Below, piece after piece: positions 40,481 through 43,949 of a DNA stretch of 43,949 bases (within the stretch, counting starts at the first letter, position 1; every line of letters begins with the position of its first letter). This stretch comes from an uncultured Clostridia bacterium. GTDB taxonomy: Bacteria; Bacillota; Clostridia; TANB77; CAG-508. The position numbers were made by a program, and so were the translations under genes. Location of the stretch: the NCBI GenBank assembly GCA_947628415.1, contig CANQZU010000003.1, forward strand, positions 1 through 43,949, in the 5' to 3' direction. The notes below the pieces were generated by a model. That model worked only from the letters and a program-made list of their open reading frames with translations, made no database searches and was not told the DNA's origin.

Positions 40481-41962
40481 CTATTTTAAATTCTTTATAA
40501 TATCCTTTACTATATTTCTTTCATCATAAGGATGCTTTACTCCATCTATTTCTTGATAAAGTTCATGCCCTTTTCCTGCTAAAACGACAATGTCTTTTTT
40601 AGTTGCCATTGAAATTGCTTCTTTAATTGCTTGTGTTCGATCTACTATTACTTTATATTTACCTGTTGTTTTTTTCATTCCTTTTTCAATTTGATCAATA
40701 ATTTTTTGTGGTTCTTCTGTTCTTGGATTATCAGAAGTAATAAATGTAAAATCTGCAATTCTTCCAGAAATTTCGCCCATAATTGGTCTTTTCCCACTAT
40801 CTCTATCTCCACCACATCCAAATACAGATATGACTTTTCCTCTTGTATAACTTTTTACTGCCTGTAAAATATTTTCTAAACTTTCTGGAGAATGAGCATA
40901 GTCAATCATAATAGGTAACTCTTTTGCATTATCTACTAATTCTGATCTTCCTGGTACTCTTACTTCTAATAATGCTTCTTTAATAATCTCTGGTTCAATT
41001 CCAAATTTTTGTGCTACACAAATAGCAGCTAAAGAATTGTAAACGCTAAATCTACCTGGAATACCCGTTTTTACTCTTTCATTTCGATCAGTTATTTTTA
41101 CTTTAAAATCTACATATGAATTCGTAATTGTAATATCTTTAGCCAATACATTAGCAAAATTATCAATTCCATATGTTGTAATATTATGTTCTGGAAACAA
41201 TCTTGGTATTTTAGCTGCTTGTAAATCATCTACATTGGTAATTCCAGTTTTACACATTTTAAATAATTTTAATTTTGATTGTAAATAATCTTGCATATCT
41301 GGATGTTCTTTTTCACTAATATGATCTTCTGAAAAATTAGTAAATAGTACTATATCAAAATCACATCCATCTACTCGATGTAATTTTAAGCTTTGAGAAG
41401 ATACCTCCATGACTACTACTTCCACTCCTGCTTCTACCATATTAGCAAATTCTCTTTGTAATTCTATACTTTCTGGTGTTGTTCGATCACTTTCTTTTAC
41501 TTTTTTTCCATTAATATAAGTAGCAATAGTTCCAATTAATCCTACCTTTTTACCTGCTTTTTCTAAAATTTGTTTAATCATAAAAGTAGTTGTAGTTTTT
41601 CCTTTGGTTCCTGTTACTCCTATTAATTTAAATTTTTGGGATGGATGACCATAAAAGTTAGAAGAACAAATTGCTAAAGCCTCTCTTGTATCTTTTGCCA
41701 TAATAATAGTAATTTCTTGTGGTATAGCTAAAGATTTCAAATCACAACCTTCCTCTATTATAACAGCTGTTGCTCCTTTTTTTATTGCATCTGATACATA
41801 TTTATGTCCATCGACTGAAAATCCTTTAATAGCCACAAATAAAAAATCTTTCTTAATTTCTTTTGAGTTGCTCTCTAGCCCTACTACCTCTAATTCTAAA
41901 TTTCCTCTTACTTTTAAACCTTCTAAGCCAATTAGCATTTCTTTTAATTTCATTTTTTTCAT
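40481..41962 (-). CDS. murE: UDP-MurNAc-dipeptide:meso-DAP ligase
   Basis: GVTGTKGKTT, TTPES, DYAH, FGCGGDRD, DNPR and AGKGHE motifs. Confidence 0.96.
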   Translation of the reverse strand: MKKMKLKEMLIGLEGLKVRGNLELEVVGLESNSKEIKKDFLFVAIKGFSVDGHKYVSDAIKKGATAVIIEEGCDLKSLAIPQEITIIMAKDTREALAICSSNFYGHPSQKFKLIGVTGTKGKTTTTFMIKQILEKAGKKVGLIGTIATYINGKKVKESDRTTPESIELQREFANMVEAGVEVVVMEVSSQSLKLHRVDGCDFDIVLFTNFSEDHISEKEHPDMQDYLQSKLKLFKMCKTGITNVDDLQAAKIPRLFPEHNITTYGIDNFANVLAKDITITNSYVDFKVKITDRNERVKTGIPGRFSVYNSLAAICVAQKFGIEPEIIKEALLEVRVPGRSELVDNAKELPIMIDYAHSPESLENILQAVKSYTRGKVISVFGCGGDRDSGKRPIMGEISGRIADFTFITSDNPRTEEPQKIIDQIEKGMKKTTGKYKVIVDRTQAIKEAISMATKKDIVVLAGKGHELYQEIDGVKHPYDERNIVKDIIKNLK

Positions 41963-42071
41963 CCCTTCGATTACTAAATAATTAATTTATTAGGAGCAAA
42001 ATTTTACCCCCAACTTTGTTACATTATATAACTAAATTACTATTTTGTATAGTTTTTTAAAGATTTTTTAT

Positions 42072-42108
42072 AAAAAAATCTCCTAATATATCTTATTAGG
42101 AGTTTTTC
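42072..42108 (-). terminator. pyrBI terminator
   Basis: CTCCTAATA/TATTAGGAG hairpin with flanking A/T tracts. Confidence 0.75.
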
Positions 42109-42119
42109 TTTTTATTCAA

Positions 42120-42536
42120 CTATTTTAAACTCATTTCACAATACTTGCATCGATATACTTGTCTTTCTTTGTCTGTTAAAATAAATATTTGATCTAAATC
42201 TTTTTCAACAGAAGTAATACATCTTGGATTTTGACATTTAGCAATATTGACAATTTTCTCTGGTAATTTTACACGATATTTATCAACTAGTTTATTATCT
42301 TTAACAATATTAATAGTAGCATTTGGTTCTATAAATCCTATCATATCAATGTTTACTTCGATATCTTTATCTATTTTTATAATATCTTTTCTTCCCATTT
42401 TCTTACTTTTAGCATTAGTAATAATCGCCACTGAACAATCTAAATCTTTTAAATTTAATAAATCATATATTTCCATTCCTTTTTTTGCTTGAATATGATC
42501 TATTACAATTCCATTTTTGATACTATCAATATTCAT
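42120..42536 (-). CDS. pyrI: Aspartate carbamoyltransferase regulatory subunit
   Basis: IKNGIVIDHI, KDIIKI, C.NP.C and C.YC motifs. Confidence 0.95.
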   Translation of the reverse strand: MNIDSIKNGIVIDHIQAKKGMEIYDLLNLKDLDCSVAIITNAKSKKMGRKDIIKIDKDIEVNIDMIGFIEPNATINIVKDNKLVDKYRVKLPEKIVNIAKCQNPRCITSVEKDLDQIFILTDKERQVYRCKYCEMSLK

Positions 42537-42537
42537 T

Positions 42538-43452
42538 TTATTTAACCTCCAATAATTTTAAAATAAGAGCCATTCTAATATATTTTCCATATTGCGCTTG
42601 TTCGAAATAACGAGCTCTCTTATCATCATCTACATCAGTTGCAATTTCATTTACTCTTGGTAATGGATGAAGAATAGCTAAATCTTCTTTTGCTTTTTCT
42701 AATTTTTCCTTATTTAATATATAATAATCTTTTAAACGTACATAATCGTCTTCATTAAAAAATCTTTCTTTTTGTACTCTGGTCATATATAGAATATCTA
42801 ATTCATCCATATATTCTTCTATATCAGTTGTTTCACAGTACTCAATATGATTTTTTTCTAAAACATCTTTTTTAATATATTCTGGTATCATCAATTCTTT
42901 TGGAGCAATTAAAATAAATTTAATATTTTTATATCTAGACATAGCAGTAATTAAAGAATGAACTGTTCTTCCAAATTTTAAATCTCCACAAAGACCAATT
43001 GTTAGATTATCTAATCTTCCTTTTTCACATTGTATTGTTAATAAGTCCGTCAATGTTTGTGTTGGATGATTATGTCCTCCATCTCCTGCATTAATAATTG
43101 GTATAACTGATTTTTGAGAAGCAACTAATGGTGCTCCTTCCTTTGGATGTCTCATGGCGATAATATCACTATAACATCCCACTACTCGAATTGTGTCTGC
43201 TACACTTTCTCCTTTAGATACAGAGCTAGATGAACTTTCTGAAAATCCAATAACATTTCCTCCTAATTCCAACATTGCAGCCTCAAAACTAAGTCTAGTT
43301 CTGGTACTTGGCTCAAAAAATAAAGTAGCTAATTTTTTACCATCACATTTATGAGAATACTTCTCTTTATGTTCCATGATATCTTTAGCTACTTTAATTA
43401 ATTCTTCAATTTCTTCTACAGATAAATCTTTAATATCAATTAAATGTTTCAT
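42538..43452 (-). CDS. pyrB: Aspartate carbamoyltransferase catalytic subunit
   Basis: [17 protein letters not shown] and HPLP motifs. Confidence 0.97.
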   Translation of the reverse strand: MKHLIDIKDLSVEEIEELIKVAKDIMEHKEKYSHKCDGKKLATLFFEPSTRTRLSFEAAMLELGGNVIGFSESSSSSVSKGESVADTIRVVGCYSDIIAMRHPKEGAPLVASQKSVIPIINAGDGGHNHPTQTLTDLLTIQCEKGRLDNLTIGLCGDLKFGRTVHSLITAMSRYKNIKFILIAPKELMIPEYIKKDVLEKNHIEYCETTDIEEYMDELDILYMTRVQKERFFNEDDYVRLKDYYILNKEKLEKAKEDLAILHPLPRVNEIATDVDDDKRARYFEQAQYGKYIRMALILKLLEVK

Positions 43453-43589
43453 TTTTTCTCCTTTTTATTAAATAAATTGTGATATTTTCACTATATTATT
43501 TTTATCAAAAAATATATGTTTTTGTCAAGTCTTATCTTAATTTTATAAAAAATTTTAAACAAGCTTCTAATTCTAATATTTAAAAGCAT

Positions 43590-43656
43590 TGATAAATACC
43601 CCCTTAAAGTATACACCTCTTTTTTATCAGTGTCTACTTTAAGGGGGTAGAGTTCA
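43590..43656. mobile_element. 67-bp miniature IS3-family-like remnant (two terminal inverted repeats, no transposase)
   Basis: TG...CA termini; TGATAAATACCCCCTTAAAGTATACAC versus TGAACTCTACCCCCTTAAAGTAGACAC (19/20 identical core), 13-bp spacer. Confidence 0.55.
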
Positions 43657-43670
43657 TATTTTCCTCCTTT

Positions 43671-43949
43671 TTATTGTACATCTATATATACAAAACTATT
43701 TTCATAAGCTGTAATTCCAGCTTGTGGTAATTGATTTGTTATAATAGTCTCTTTATCTATTTCTTCTTCATTATTAATATGAATTTGTAATTTATCTTGT
43801 TTTAATATTTTTTCTGCTTCTTTTATACTTTTTCCTACTATGTTTGGTACAGTTACCTCATTTCTTGTTTCTACTTCATCTTTATTGCCTTGCTGTACTT
43901 CAAGATATGGTAATATTTCTGATAATATTTGCCCACCTACTGGTGCTGC
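43671..43949 (-). CDS. C-terminal part of a class B penicillin-binding protein with PASTA domain (SpoVD/FtsI-like), cut by the window edge
   Basis: Translated by hand: AAPVGGQILSEILPYL...VTVPNIVGKSIKEAEKIL...Q.PQAG; position upstream of murE. Confidence 0.8.
   Translation of the reverse strand, partial: AAPVGGQILSEILPYLEVQQGNKDEVETRNEVTVPNIVGKSIKEAEKILKQDKLQIHINNEEEIDKETIITNQLPQAGITAYENSFVYIDVQ

Noticed and set aside
43634-43657. Seven-codon ORF MNSTPLK after AGGAGG as a pyrB leader peptide
   Set aside because: It lies inside the inverted-repeat element and is better explained by it. No PyrR-type attenuator was recognised.
1-43949. CRISPR arrays, tRNA or rRNA genes, prophage, defence systems
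   Set aside because: No spaced direct-repeat arrays, GC-rich structured RNA segments, or phage or defence motifs were seen. Any recoding tRNA would have to lie outside this window.

Overview
Very AT-rich chromosomal window from an endospore-forming Clostridia-like bacterium (lineage inferred from gene content only). Most genes are on the minus strand. It holds sporulation genes (yunB, SPOCS-LysM coat protein, yabG, spoIIID, spoVD-like, spoVE/ftsW), veg, purH, iscS/nifS, a sortase with a thioester/pilin-domain substrate, a two-component system, dnaG-sigA, proS, scpB, fprA-rubredoxin, a four-subunit pyruvate:ferredoxin oxidoreductase operon, holB, lepB, a WalK-like kinase, a rearranged dcw cluster and pyrBI. 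The main observation is that seven otherwise intact genes (yunB, yabG, proS, walK-like, murG, ftsW/spoVE, mraY) are broken by 12 +1 frameshifts. All 12 have one form: an in-frame CGG where removing one base (C-GGN to GGN) restores the frame and gives a glycine, usually in a conserved motif. By manual scan I found no in-frame CGG anywhere else in the window. This suggests CGG is not read as Arg here but acts as an obligatory +1 shift, or four-base CGGN = Gly, signal. A systematic assembly error must still be excluded from raw reads. No rRNA, tRNA or CRISPR array was seen.
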